Positions 45,078-55,227 are shown, counted from the first letter of the stretch. The stretch: 64,000 nucleotides of DNA from Spirochaetia bacterium (GCA_963677595.1 OY782041.1:704001-768000); one strand, 5' to 3'. Translations and numbers: made by a program. The notes: generated by a model not told the origin, from the letters alone.

Positions 45078-46244
45078 ATGGAACAGAGAACCCCTGATCG
45101 AGCAGTCACCGCCATGATCTGCATCCTCTCCATGCTCCCTGTCATGGCAGCAGCCGCAATGGCTCCCATACTCGGGAGGTTCGCCGAACTCTATCCGGAT
45201 TCCCCGGACCTCACCATCCGAATGATCCTGACCCTCCCGCAGCTGCTCATCATCCCCGGGTCCCTGGTCTCCGGCAGGCTTGCCTCACGGGTCAGCAAGA
45301 AGACCCTGCTCCTTATCGGCTTGGCCCTCTACAGTGCCGGCGGCCTCTCTGGGGGGATCTCCTCATCGATCAACCAGCTGCTTGTCTCACGTGCAGTCCT
45401 CGGCATCGGGATCGGCATCATCTTCCCCCTTACCACGAGCCTCGTCCCCGATTACTTCAGCGGGGAAGGAAGAATCCGCATGCTCGGCCTGTCGGCCGCC
45501 ATGAACAACCTCGGGGGAGTCATCGCGACGCTCTCCTCAGGACTCCTCGTCTCCCTCTCCTGGAGGGCCCCCTTCCTGATCTACCTGACGGCAGCGGCTG
45601 CCATGGTCCTGGTCATCACGGTGCTCCCCTCCTATCGTGCAGCCGTCGGGGTACAGGAGGAGCAGGCAGTACGTCCCTACCGTAAGGTCCTGCCCTTCCT
45701 GCTGGGGATCCTCGGGCTCAACCTGATCTTCTATACCATACCATCCACGACCTCGATGACCATCCGGGACCTCGACCTCGGCGGCCCGGTCTACTGCGGG
45801 GTCATGTTGGCGACCCAGAATCTCTGCTCCTTCGCAGCCGGGACGGTGTTCAAGCACGTCTACATGAAGTTCAGGGCCCGTATCCGGTATCTCAGCATGG
45901 GGATCATCAGTACCGGGTTCCTCCTGTTCATCCTCTTCCCGAAGACCGCAGTACTGCCGGTCTCCCTGATCCTCATCGGGTCAGGCTACGGGCTGCTCAC
46001 CCCCTACTACCTGCTTAGGGTGAGCTTGGGGACGACCCCGGGAAGGAGGACCTTCGCCCTCTCCCTGGCGAGCTGCAGCATGTTCCTCGGACAGTTCCTG
46101 AACCCCGTCGTGCTCTCGCTCATAGGGAAGGGCTTCGGGCTTGAGATGCCCACGGGTGTATCACTGGTCCTGATCATCCCGTTCGTACTGCTGATGGGGC
46201 TCTTCGACCTACGAGATCGTCGCTCCGAAGGGCATCAGGGCTAG
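45078..46244 (+). CDS. MFS transporter
   Basis: GRLASRVSKK motif A, SRAVLGIG, about 12 TM helices. Confidence 0.85.
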   Translation: MEQRTPDRAVTAMICILSMLPVMAAAAMAPILGRFAELYPDSPDLTIRMILTLPQLLIIPGSLVSGRLASRVSKKTLLLIGLALYSAGGLSGGISSSINQLLVSRAVLGIGIGIIFPLTTSLVPDYFSGEGRIRMLGLSAAMNNLGGVIATLSSGLLVSLSWRAPFLIYLTAAAAMVLVITVLPSYRAAVGVQEEQAVRPYRKVLPFLLGILGLNLIFYTIPSTTSMTIRDLDLGGPVYCGVMLATQNLCSFAAGTVFKHVYMKFRARIRYLSMGIISTGFLLFILFPKTAVLPVSLILIGSGYGLLTPYYLLRVSLGTTPGRRTFALSLASCSMFLGQFLNPVVLSLIGKGFGLEMPTGVSLVLIIPFVLLMGLFDLRDRRSEGHQG

Positions 46245-46571
46245 ACGTGCCAGTTTGAAGTGCTGTTTCCCGAAGGGGATGCCGATGATCGTGATGCTGA
46301 AGAGCAGTCCAAGTACCAGGTGGTAGATGCAGAGCTCCCAGCCGAACAGGATGAGCCAGATGATGTTGCCGATGAGCCCGAGTGCCCCGAACTGGCCGAT
46401 GCTCACTTCGGAACCGAAGGGCAGCAGGGTAAGGGCTGATACCTTCAGACACTGCTTCCCGAAGGGGATCCCGATGATCGTCAGCATGAGGATGATACCC
46501 GAGACTGCCCAACCTATGGCTCCGATGAGCCCGCCGAATACGATCCAGATGATGTTTCCTACTAATCTCAT
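46209..46571 (-). CDS. YccF domain inner membrane protein
   Basis: Duplicated GNIIW..FG..TIIGIPFGKQ..K...L.PFG unit. Confidence 0.9.
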   Translation of the reverse strand: MRLVGNIIWIVFGGLIGAIGWAVSGIILMLTIIGIPFGKQCLKVSALTLLPFGSEVSIGQFGALGLIGNIIWLILFGWELCIYHLVLGLLFSITIIGIPFGKQHFKLARLALMPFGATIS

Positions 46572-46679
46572 GCATCCATCATGCCACAGGTTCCGGGATT
46601 GTCAAGACAAATGCACTTGACGCCGGAGAGTATAACCAGATACCTTATAGATATTGAAAGCTATTTCAGGGGGATATTT

Positions 46680-47489
46680 ATGAAACGAAAGTTGTTCGCA
46701 GGGATCTGTGTATTGTTGCTGGTTTCCGCCGTGGTCACCGCAGGCGGTGTCCAGGAGACGAAGATCGCTCCACTGGTCGTGGGAATGGAACTGCAGTATC
46801 CCCCGTTCGAGATGAGCGATACCGACGGGAACCCGACGGGTATCAGCGTCGAGATCGCCGAAGCACTCGGCGAGTATATCGGCCGCCCGGTGAAGATCGA
46901 GAATATCGCATGGACAGGTCTGATCCCCTCCCTCCAGACGGGGAAGGCCGATATCATCATCTCCTCCATGACCATCACCGAGGAACGTGCGAAGACGGTC
47001 GATTTCTCAGACCCCTACATCAAATCCGGGCTGACCCTCCTCATCGCCAAGGACTCCCCGGTCGAGCAGTTCAGCGACCTGGATGCACCGGGGATGGTGG
47101 TAGCCGTCAAGTCAGGTACGACCGGGGCGACCATTGCGAAGGAGCAGCTCACACAGGCAGAGGTGAGACTCTTTGATGAGGTCTCTGCCTGCGTGCTCGA
47201 GGTCTCTCAGGGGAAGGCCGATGCCTTCATCTACGATGCCCTCACCGTCTATGAGAACCACAAGAAGCATGCGGGGACGACCAGGGTGAATATCACCTCC
47301 ATACCGGGAACCGACGGGTACTGGGGTATGGCCATCAAGAAAGGCAATGATGAGTTCAAAGCCCAGGTGAACGCATTCATCGGGGAGTTCAGGGAGGACG
47401 GCGGATTCAACCGGATCGCAGACCGCTACCTCGGTGAACAGAGGGCCCTCTTCGAGGAGTCCGGCGTCCCGTTCTACTTCGACCTCTAG
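46680..47489 (+). CDS. Polar amino-acid ABC transporter substrate-binding protein
   Basis: Signal peptide, YPPFE, ITEERAKTVDFSDPY, GTTG. Confidence 0.9.
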   Translation: MKRKLFAGICVLLLVSAVVTAGGVQETKIAPLVVGMELQYPPFEMSDTDGNPTGISVEIAEALGEYIGRPVKIENIAWTGLIPSLQTGKADIIISSMTITEERAKTVDFSDPYIKSGLTLLIAKDSPVEQFSDLDAPGMVVAVKSGTTGATIAKEQLTQAEVRLFDEVSACVLEVSQGKADAFIYDALTVYENHKKHAGTTRVNITSIPGTDGYWGMAIKKGNDEFKAQVNAFIGEFREDGGFNRIADRYLGEQRALFEESGVPFYFDL

Positions 47490-47513
47490 GGGTCGGAAGG
47501 AGCCCGAGGACAG

Positions 47514-48311
47514 GTGAACGTGAGAGCACTGCTTAAGACCATCACAACGGAACAGAAGGGGAAGACCTCACCATGGTGCGTGCGCGTACTCAATGCCGCC
47601 GTCCTGCTGGCCCTGGTCGGCATCGTCTTCTCCCTCGGCTTCTCCTCGCTCTCCTACTCATTCCGCTGGGACTCGGTCTGGGAATACCGCAGCAGCATGC
47701 TTGACGGGTTCCTCATGACGATCCTGCTCTCACTGTGCTCCCTGGTGCTCAGCATCCTCATGGGATTCCTCTTCGCTGTGACCCAGCGCAGCAGGGTCCT
47801 TCTGGTACGGTACTTCTCCCGCGGCTATATCGAGATCATCCGGGGCACTCCCCTGCTCGTGCAGATCCTCATATTCTTCTACGTCATCGCCAATGCGGCA
47901 GGGCTCGACAACCGGTACGCGGCAGGGATCCTCATCATGTCCATCTTCTCGAGTGCCTACATCGCGGAAATCATACGTGCCGGCATCGACGGCGTGGGAA
48001 GCACGCAGTTCGAGACAGCCCGGTCCATCGGCCTGACCAGGGGACAGACCTACCGCCATATCGTCTTCCCGCAGGTGATCACCGGCGTGCTCCCGCCCAT
48101 GGCCGGGCAGCTTGCCTCCCTCATCAAGGATTCCTCACTGCTCTCGATCATAGCCATCAAGGAGTTCACCATGGCCGCACGGGAGGTGAACGCGAACACC
48201 TTCTCGACCCTGGAGAGCTACATACCGCTGGCTGTCGGCTATCTCCTGCTCACCCTCCCCATCTCCTTTATCACGAAACGGCTGGAGAGGAGGTTCTTCT
48301 ATGAGACTTAG
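47514..48311 (+). CDS. Polar amino-acid ABC transporter permease
   Basis: RGTPLLVQ, AYIAEIIRAG, IKDSSL. Confidence 0.9.
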   Translation: MNVRALLKTITTEQKGKTSPWCVRVLNAAVLLALVGIVFSLGFSSLSYSFRWDSVWEYRSSMLDGFLMTILLSLCSLVLSILMGFLFAVTQRSRVLLVRYFSRGYIEIIRGTPLLVQILIFFYVIANAAGLDNRYAAGILIMSIFSSAYIAEIIRAGIDGVGSTQFETARSIGLTRGQTYRHIVFPQVITGVLPPMAGQLASLIKDSSLLSIIAIKEFTMAAREVNANTFSTLESYIPLAVGYLLLTLPISFITKRLERRFFYET

Positions 48312-49035
48312 CCTCTCAGGGCTGACCAAGCGCTACGGGGATCTCACGGTACTCGACTCCCTCGACCTCGAGCTTACTGACATCTCTTCACTGGTCCTCA
48401 TCGGCCCGTCCGGCGGGGGGAAGACTACCCTCCTCCGGCTGCTTGCCGGTCTTGAGCAGGCTGATGCGGGATCGATCATCGTCAATGAACACGACCTCGC
48501 CTGCCCGGAGGAGGAGCTGATCCTCTACCGGCGGAGGATCGGCATGGTCTACCAGGCCTATAACCTCTTCCCCCACCTCAACGCACTGGAGAATATCATG
48601 CTCCCGCTCGTCCAGGCCCAGGGGGTCCCGAAGCGGGAAGCCAAGGAGCAGGCCTTGACCCTCCTGGAGCGGTTCAACCTGGCTGAGCATGCCTTCAAGC
48701 GACCGGTAGCGCTCTCCGGGGGCCAGCAGCAGCGTATCGCCATCTGCAGGGCCGTGGCGATACGGCCGGAACTGCTCTTCTTCGACGAACCGACCTCCGC
48801 CCTGGACCCCGAGTACACCTCCGAGGTGCTCGACCTGATCGAAGAGCTCAGGGAGGAGCATATGGAACTGATCCTGGTGACCCATGAGATGGGATTCGCC
48901 CACAATGCGGCTGACCACATCCTCTTCATCTCCGATGGGGGCATCATCGCACAGGGAGCCCCAGACGATCTTTTCGGCCAGGATGCACACCCCAGGGTAC
49001 AGCGGTTCTTCGACAAAGTCCTGAAGTACAGCTGA
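48301..49035 (+). CDS. Polar amino-acid ABC transporter ATP-binding protein
   Basis: GPSGGGKT, LSGGQQQR, DEPTSALDP, VTHEMGFA. Confidence 0.92.
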   Translation: MRLSLSGLTKRYGDLTVLDSLDLELTDISSLVLIGPSGGGKTTLLRLLAGLEQADAGSIIVNEHDLACPEEELILYRRRIGMVYQAYNLFPHLNALENIMLPLVQAQGVPKREAKEQALTLLERFNLAEHAFKRPVALSGGQQQRIAICRAVAIRPELLFFDEPTSALDPEYTSEVLDLIEELREEHMELILVTHEMGFAHNAADHILFISDGGIIAQGAPDDLFGQDAHPRVQRFFDKVLKYS

Positions 49036-49104
49036 ATATTCCACAATTAATCCTATACATTATCAGTACATGTGTTTATAATCCTCATAGAGGAGGATGA
49101 GCAG

Positions 49105-49587
49105 TTGACACTAATTATCTATGCCACAAAGCATGGTGCTGTCAGGACCTGTGCTGAGATTCTCTCAGAGAAACTTGCCGATGACTGTACCATTACACAT
49201 ATAAAACATGACCAGATACCATCATTGGATGAATATTCCTCAGTTATCCTGGGGTTCTCAGTCCATGCAGGGAGCATCCCCGCATCCATCAAGAAGTTCA
49301 CCGAAGACCATATCGGGAAACTGAAAGGGAAGCGGTTCGGACTCTTCTGCAGCTGCCTCTCGGAAGAAGACCAGGCGATCTCCTACTTCCACAAGAACTT
49401 CTCGACCGAGGTGATCAAGGCAACGAAGACCATCGGTATCTTCGGGGCAGAGGTGACCTTCGAGAAGATGAACCCCTTCGAACGGTTCATCATGAAGAAG
49501 ATCACCAGACGCAGGGAGAGTTTCTCGACGATCAACCAGGAGAACATCGGGGAGTTCGTCAGGCTCTTCGAACTGCCGCAGGAGTGA
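49105..49587 (+). CDS. Flavodoxin-domain protein (HemG-like)
   Basis: YATKHGAV, GFSVHAG; TTG start after SD GAGGAGG. Confidence 0.8.
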   Translation: MTLIIYATKHGAVRTCAEILSEKLADDCTITHIKHDQIPSLDEYSSVILGFSVHAGSIPASIKKFTEDHIGKLKGKRFGLFCSCLSEEDQAISYFHKNFSTEVIKATKTIGIFGAEVTFEKMNPFERFIMKKITRRRESFSTINQENIGEFVRLFELPQE

Positions 49588-49770
49588 TGCCTGAGGAGGG
49601 GGGGACCCCTCCCTGAAACCGACATCCACCCTACACCCCATCTTTTTGTCCCACCATACGGTGCGTTACAGGGGTACTATGCCTCATTATGGTCGGATCG
49701 AACTGGGGATGATTAGGGGTCAATTAATTCTATGAAAATCAGATGATAAAAAAACTTTCAGTATCGTATC

Positions 49771-49806
49771 TTGACAATAGTGTATGTAACACACTATTGT
49801 ATAATC
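49771..49806 (+). promoter_or_regulatory. padR promoter with inverted-repeat operator
   Basis: TTGACA...TATTGT spanned by the perfect IR ACAATAGTGT-N7-ACACTATTGT (49774-49800). Confidence 0.75.
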
Positions 49807-50142
49807 ATGAGTAACGATCAGGATGGAATTTCAGAGAGACTGCTGCAGGAGTATCACCGGGGGACACTGACCATGGTGGTCCTGTCGCTCCTTGAGGTGC
49901 AGCATTACGGATACGCCCTTGTCCAGGAGCTGCAGGCTGCTGGGATGGAAGTGACCCAGGACACGGTCTATCCGCTGCTTCGGCGGCTCGAGCAGCAGGG
50001 CCTGCTCTCCAGTGAGTGGATCGTAGAGGGTTCACGCCCAAGGAAGTACTACCGCACCAGCCCGAAGGGAGTTGAGGTGGTGAAGCGTCTCAAGACACAG
50101 TGGCTCTCCTATACGGAGACGATCAGGAGGATAATCACATGA
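49807..50142 (+). CDS. PadR family transcriptional regulator
   Basis: YGYAL, TVYPLLRRLE..G, RPRKYY. Confidence 0.9.
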   Translation: MSNDQDGISERLLQEYHRGTLTMVVLSLLEVQHYGYALVQELQAAGMEVTQDTVYPLLRRLEQQGLLSSEWIVEGSRPRKYYRTSPKGVEVVKRLKTQWLSYTETIRRIIT

Positions 50143-51128
50143 AGTTGACGCAGGATGCGCAGTATCTGCTGGACAGGTATATGCTTGCTTTCTCTCGAAG
50201 GCTTCCGCTCAGGCAGCGGAAAGAGGTAGTCGATGAGCTCAGGGCCTCCCTGCTCGATGAGCTTGAGGCACGCTGCGGGACCGATGAGATTCCAGAGGAG
50301 CAGGTGAGGTCCCTGCTCGCCGAGTTCGGCGCACCGGGTCGGCTCGCCTCATCCTATGCAAAGGAACAGTTCCTCATCGGCCCAAAGGTGTTCCCCCTCT
50401 TCAGGATGGTGCTCTTCATCGTCATGATAGTCGTCAGTGCCGTGGGGATCATCAACATCGGGATCTCCCTCTCCTCCTGGGATTTCGTCGGGATCCTGCA
50501 GGACCTGCTTGGTCTCTTAGCCTCGCTCATGACCGCCCTCGGGTTCATGGTCGTCGCCTTTCACATCGTGGAGCGGACGGCATCGAAGACGGACTGGCAT
50601 GATGAGCTCTACGATGGCTGGAAGGTCGAGGATCTCCCCGAGATCGAGACACGGGCACCGGTCAAACTGTGGGAGCAGGTCATCGCGATCGCGGGGTCGC
50701 TCATCCTGATCCTGGGGCTCAACCTGTTCGGCGAGAGGATCGGGGGATGCCGTACGGTCGGGGAGACCTGTATCCTCATCCCCGTCCTGAAGGATGGGTT
50801 CTTCGCTCTGCTGCCCTTCCTCAGCCTTCGCTGGGGCCTGAGCATCGTCCTTGCAGCGCTGCTGATCTGGAAGCGCAGGGAACTGCCGGGCTATAGTATC
50901 TTCGCGATCATCCTCAGCTGTCTTGACATCGCCATAGGCATCGTGTTCCTCCGGGGCGGGGTCGATACCTTTTTCGCACTGGATGACCTTACCGGGACGC
51001 CGCTCGAACCGGTGATCGGGATCTTCAGGATCATGTTCTACGGCCTGATCATCTTCCTGATGGTCATGACAGTCATCGAAATCGTAAAAAAAATCATAGA
51101 GTTGTTTAAGTTTCCTGTTACAGAGTAG
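50139..51128 (+). CDS. HAAS-like domain multi-pass membrane protein
   Basis: N-terminal 'RYM..L....R.E...EL...L....FG.P..LA' signature, then TM helices; ATGA overlap with padR. Confidence 0.75.
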   Translation: MKLTQDAQYLLDRYMLAFSRRLPLRQRKEVVDELRASLLDELEARCGTDEIPEEQVRSLLAEFGAPGRLASSYAKEQFLIGPKVFPLFRMVLFIVMIVVSAVGIINIGISLSSWDFVGILQDLLGLLASLMTALGFMVVAFHIVERTASKTDWHDELYDGWKVEDLPEIETRAPVKLWEQVIAIAGSLILILGLNLFGERIGGCRTVGETCILIPVLKDGFFALLPFLSLRWGLSIVLAALLIWKRRELPGYSIFAIILSCLDIAIGIVFLRGGVDTFFALDDLTGTPLEPVIGIFRIMFYGLIIFLMVMTVIEIVKKIIELFKFPVTE

Positions 51129-51318
51129 ATGAAAGATTGACTAGGAAGTGTCTATGTGGTATTTTCTAAGTGCTTTATTGTTGAGTATGTATTGTATTTG
51201 AGTTCTTCCGTCTCTCCTGTCTCTTTCTCTAGATCGGACCTGATGAGCATTGACTTGGTAAATTACATTCCCATAAAGTAAATTTATGATCTCCGTAAAT
51301 AAAACGGAAAGGATGCTT

Positions 51319-51597
51319 ATGGCAAAGAAAATTTATGTAGGTAATATGAATTACGCTACAACAGAGGACCAGTTGTTTGATCTGTTCGGACAGTACGGAA
51401 CTGTCAGCAGTGTTCGAATCATCACCGACAGAGAGACCCAGAGACCTAAAGGGTTCGGCTTTGTAGAGATGGAAGAAGACGATGCAGCAGATGCAGCAAT
51501 CAGCGAGCTTGACGGCAAAGAATACGACGGCCGAAACCTTCGTGTGAACGTCGCTCTTGAGAGAGAGAGACAGCCGCGACGAAACGGCTACAGATAG
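51319..51597 (+). CDS. RRM RNA-binding protein (Rbp-type)
   Basis: RNP2 IYVGNM and RNP1 KGFGFVEM. Confidence 0.92.
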   Translation: MAKKIYVGNMNYATTEDQLFDLFGQYGTVSSVRIITDRETQRPKGFGFVEMEEDDAADAAISELDGKEYDGRNLRVNVALERERQPRRNGYR

Positions 51598-51617
51598 ATC
51601 GCTCTTCTGTAATTGAT

Positions 51618-51650
51618 GAGGACTGCCGGAAGGCAGTCCTTTTCTTTTCT
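51618..51650 (+). terminator. Intrinsic terminator after the RRM gene
   Basis: AGGACTGCC-ggaa-GGCAGTCCT plus TTTCTTTT. Confidence 0.75.
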
Positions 51651-52221
51651 AGGCGAGGGTCCCGGCCAGCCCGATCTGTGCAGCGACCGGCTGCATCCCC
51701 CGGATCGTCCAGTCGATGACCTCAGGGAGTTCCATCCCGAGCATCCCGGCTCCCCGTTCTATGACCGAACGGTCCACCCCTGCAGAGAAGGCTTTCGTCT
51801 TCCATTTCTTCTTCACCGATTTCACCTTCATATCCAGGATACTCCTCGAGGGCCGTACCAGCGCGGTCGCCCCGATGAGGCCCGTGAGCTCATCGATGGT
51901 ATAGAGGGTCTTCTCCATCCGGGACACAGGCTCTATATCGCAGCAGAGCCCCCAGCCGTGACTCTGGACTGCCCGTACATACTCGGCAGGCCAGCCAGCC
52001 TCGGTGAGGATGTCGTGCGCCTTGATGCAGTGTTCGTCTGGAAACCGTTCATAGTCGATATCATGGCAGAGCCCGATGACTCCCCAGAGTTCCACGTCTT
52101 CCCCGAACTGCTCGGCGAAGTAGCGCATGACAGCCTCGACTGCCAGTGCATGGGAAATAAGGTTCTCTGCATGTACATGTTCATTGAGCAGCTTCCATGC
52201 TGCCTCCCTCGTGATGCTCAT
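51649..52221 (-). CDS. HD-domain (HDIG-type) metal-dependent phosphohydrolase
   Basis: H-ALAVEA, LCHDID, SH, DELTG, FSAGVDR. Confidence 0.85.
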   Translation of the reverse strand: MSITREAAWKLLNEHVHAENLISHALAVEAVMRYFAEQFGEDVELWGVIGLCHDIDYERFPDEHCIKAHDILTEAGWPAEYVRAVQSHGWGLCCDIEPVSRMEKTLYTIDELTGLIGATALVRPSRSILDMKVKSVKKKWKTKAFSAGVDRSVIERGAGMLGMELPEVIDWTIRGMQPVAAQIGLAGTLA

Positions 52222-52232
52222 CTGTCTTCCTC

Positions 52233-53012
52233 CTATCTGCTCATCCGGTATTCCCCGGAATACCAGACGGTTGTGCCATCCCCTGTCTCCAGCACGATCC
52301 CGCCATGGGGATCGAGGCCAGCCAGGATACCGGTAACCAACCGGTCACTGTCCGGGTCCTTCCCTGGATCGGCAGCCTCCCCCGGCTCGAGCGTGATCTC
52401 CTCACCGAACCGGTAGAGCCTCGACTCTATGTACTCCCGCCAATCTTCCAGGGAAAGGGCCCATGCAAGGGAAGCAAGTAGGGGTTCGATCAGTTCGACC
52501 GGTTCTGCAGGGTTCCCGGCCACCATCCTGATGGAGACCGGATCCCTCCGGTAGGACTCCCCTTCCGGTACAGGAGGGAACCCTGCCTGGTTGACATTGA
52601 GCCCGATCCCTATCAGGAACAGTCTGCCGGTACTCTCACAGAGGATCCCGCAGACCTTCCTCTCACCGATGAGGATGTCGTTAGGCCACTTGATCCGGGA
52701 TGCTATACCAGAGACCCTCTCCAGCAGCCCGGCTACTGCGATCCCGGTCCGCAGGGGCAGCTGCTCCGGCGGGAAGGAGAGGTCATCACGCTCGAGGACC
52801 AGCGTCATGAGCAGTGACTGACCAGGGGAATCGTGCCAGGACCGTTTCTGTATCCTCCCCCTTCCCGACCGCTGGTGGCGGGTAACGGCGATGGTCCCAG
52901 GGAACCCGGTCTCCCGGTAGAGTTCCCTGGCTGTCTCCATGGTGGAATCAACCTCATCGAAGAGATAGACGGGAGCTTGGTGGAACGGGTTGTCAAGCGG
53001 GAGTATCCTCAT
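52233..53012 (-). CDS. birA: Biotin-protein ligase (class I, no DNA-binding domain)
   Basis: DSTM, QRSGRGR, KWPND, KVCGIL, GIGLNV; leaderless ATG 6 nt after TTGCAT-17-TACCAT. Confidence 0.9.
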   Translation of the reverse strand: MRILPLDNPFHQAPVYLFDEVDSTMETARELYRETGFPGTIAVTRHQRSGRGRIQKRSWHDSPGQSLLMTLVLERDDLSFPPEQLPLRTGIAVAGLLERVSGIASRIKWPNDILIGERKVCGILCESTGRLFLIGIGLNVNQAGFPPVPEGESYRRDPVSIRMVAGNPAEPVELIEPLLASLAWALSLEDWREYIESRLYRFGEEITLEPGEAADPGKDPDSDRLVTGILAGLDPHGGIVLETGDGTTVWYSGEYRMSR

Positions 53013-53088
53013 ACCCGAATGGTAGTATTTCACAAACAATTATGCAACATCTAAATTTCACCTTGCATTAACCCTCCTCATAATGTAT
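52995..53088. repeat. 94-bp direct repeat, left copy (IS target duplication)
   Basis: AAGCGGGAGTATCC...CATAATGTAT identical to 55134-55227. Confidence 0.95.
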
Positions 53089-55133
53089 CCTGTCTTTGGC
53101 AGCATAAAATTTTATAAAGTATTACCCTATATGAATTAAACCGCCATTTCTCAGCACACAAATATGTGGTCTAATTCTCGAATTTTTTTGTTGCGGCGAA
53201 AGTTTTTCTGATCTCAGCCTTGGTCATATACTTCCGGCTGAAATCAATGCCTGTAGCCTTCCCAATAGCTTCTAAGCAGGGATCGGTATGGTAGAACCGG
53301 TAAATGTTGTCCCCAAGGTAATAAGCCTTTGACTCTCGTAAGGCGTTTAGAATCTCGGAAGTAGTAAAGACTTCACCGATCTGTTTCTCCAGTAACCGCA
53401 GAATGGTCAAGGCCAGAAAGCTTATCAAGAAATGTGCCTTGATGTGATTGAGCGTGGATACGAAGACCGGCCTGGTTTTCAAATCCTTTTTTGAGATGCG
53501 GAAGGTCTCCTCAATCTCCCATAGCCCACGATACTTCCTGACAACCTGGCTGGCCGGCAGATCAAGCTCGGTAGTGAAAATCGCATGAAGTCCATCAAAC
53601 TGGGCATCACGAGCAAGTTTCTCCTCATCAATCGCCAGGAGTTGTTCCACATCTACCTCTTCCCCACTCTCCTTAGAGAATGAGGTGGTAGCAATATACT
53701 TGCGAACATCATTTGAGCCAATCACCCGTCCGGAAGCAATGCGCTTCTGTAGCTTCTCAATGATCTTAGCCCGCTCCTCTTTCGCTTTGGCAGCATACTT
53801 CGGGGAATAGCTGACTACGATCTTGACCGTATCAAGCTTCACGGAGGTCTTCTTCCCTTCCAATGAAGAGACGTGGATCTCGTAGGGGGTAATGATCTCC
53901 TTGAATCGCACCACCTCATCCGCATACGTATGCTTGGGATTCCATGGCCGTATCTGCTTGAAGAGCTTACCGGTCTTGGGGTCTGTTACGGTATCCACAA
54001 ATGAGTAGCCGGAGGTATCGAAGGCGAACTTCTTCAGTGCATCAGTACCCTTCTTCAGGGAATAGGCAACAATGAAGCCTTGTTTGTTGAGCAGGACCTG
54101 ACGAATATTGTCTCCACTGAACATCCCGTTATCGGCAACAACCACGACTCGCTGGTCCTTCGGACGGAAGGTGGAATTGACATCAGAAAACGAATCGAAG
54201 AAGGTTTTTGAATCGTGGGTGTTCCCTTCGAAGAGTTTGAACGAAAGGGGAAGTCCCTGTGCATCAAGGAACAGACCCAGCTGGACAATGGGAAGCGGAC
54301 GAAATTCTTTGGAAGGTCCCCGAATGCGAAAATCATCCTCGCGGTCAATCTCAAAATAGTAGTTGGTCACATCATAGTAAAACACAGATTTGTCTCTGCC
54401 GAAGACCTGCTCAATACGGGCATCGAGTGCATGCACGATCGCATCAGAATGGGTTTTAAAGAAATCAAGAGAGCGATAGACATCCTCAAGGGAGAAATCC
54501 ATCTTGTCAAAGAATTGGTGTTTCTTTTCAAAGGATGCTTTCTTGGAGCCTGGATTGATCAGTTGGGAGTAGACGAGCATTTTCAGGATCGCATTATGGT
54601 TGTATTCGGCCTTTGTGTACCGTCTGCGGTTATTGATTACATAATCGAGTTCAAGGAGATGGTAGAAGTAGCTGAAGGCAGCAGAGCCGAAATTATAGAT
54701 CTGCTTTGCATCCTCAGCGGTGAGCTTCTCATTCATGGGGATGGGGAGGCTGGTAACAACCTGTTCAAGAGCTTCCTCCTGTTCCGCGCGTTCAAGTACA
54801 GATTGAATGAATGCCTCGGGGTCATCGTGTTCGCGCTCTAGCACATCATAATAGCCGAGGCCCTTGATGACACGGGACTTGGACTTTCCTTGTTCGTCAC
54901 GATAGGACTTGGAGATGGAGATACTGGTGCGGCCGGTCTTGTAGGTGTTCCGTTTTACAAACATAGGATCCTCCTATGGTAGTAGTATAGCATATGTCTC
55001 TACATAAGTCGGCAGATATATGTTTCTTATATGAAAAAAAATGCTGTCCGGAATCTATGCCGCAGATAGCTGGGAGCAGGATAATTGGTGGGATTGAGGG
55101 GTGGCTGATAGCTGGGGACCTGTCAAAGTCCGG
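53089..55133 (-). mobile_element. IS1634-family insertion sequence (2045 bp)
   Basis: Imperfect 14-bp terminal IRs CCTGTCTTTGGCAG / rc CCGGACTTTGACAG (11/14 match), single DDE transposase, lower GC, flanking 94-bp DR. Confidence 0.9.
53171..54964 (-). CDS. IS1634 family DDE transposase (intact)
   Basis: YYDVTNYYFE, VVADNGM, YRGLWEIEETFRISK, RPVFV..HIKAH; SD AGGAGG. Confidence 0.92.
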   Translation of the reverse strand: MFVKRNTYKTGRTSISISKSYRDEQGKSKSRVIKGLGYYDVLEREHDDPEAFIQSVLERAEQEEALEQVVTSLPIPMNEKLTAEDAKQIYNFGSAAFSYFYHLLELDYVINNRRRYTKAEYNHNAILKMLVYSQLINPGSKKASFEKKHQFFDKMDFSLEDVYRSLDFFKTHSDAIVHALDARIEQVFGRDKSVFYYDVTNYYFEIDREDDFRIRGPSKEFRPLPIVQLGLFLDAQGLPLSFKLFEGNTHDSKTFFDSFSDVNSTFRPKDQRVVVVADNGMFSGDNIRQVLLNKQGFIVAYSLKKGTDALKKFAFDTSGYSFVDTVTDPKTGKLFKQIRPWNPKHTYADEVVRFKEIITPYEIHVSSLEGKKTSVKLDTVKIVVSYSPKYAAKAKEERAKIIEKLQKRIASGRVIGSNDVRKYIATTSFSKESGEEVDVEQLLAIDEEKLARDAQFDGLHAIFTTELDLPASQVVRKYRGLWEIEETFRISKKDLKTRPVFVSTLNHIKAHFLISFLALTILRLLEKQIGEVFTTSEILNALRESKAYYLGDNIYRFYHTDPCLEAIGKATGIDFSRKYMTKAEIRKTFAATKKFEN

Positions 55134-55227
55134 AAGCGGGAGTATCCTCATACCCGAATGGTAGTATTTCACAAACAATTATGCAACATCTAAATTTCAC
55201 CTTGCATTAACCCTCCTCATAATGTAT
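55134..55227. repeat. 94-bp direct repeat, right copy
   Basis: Identical to 52995-53088. Confidence 0.95.
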
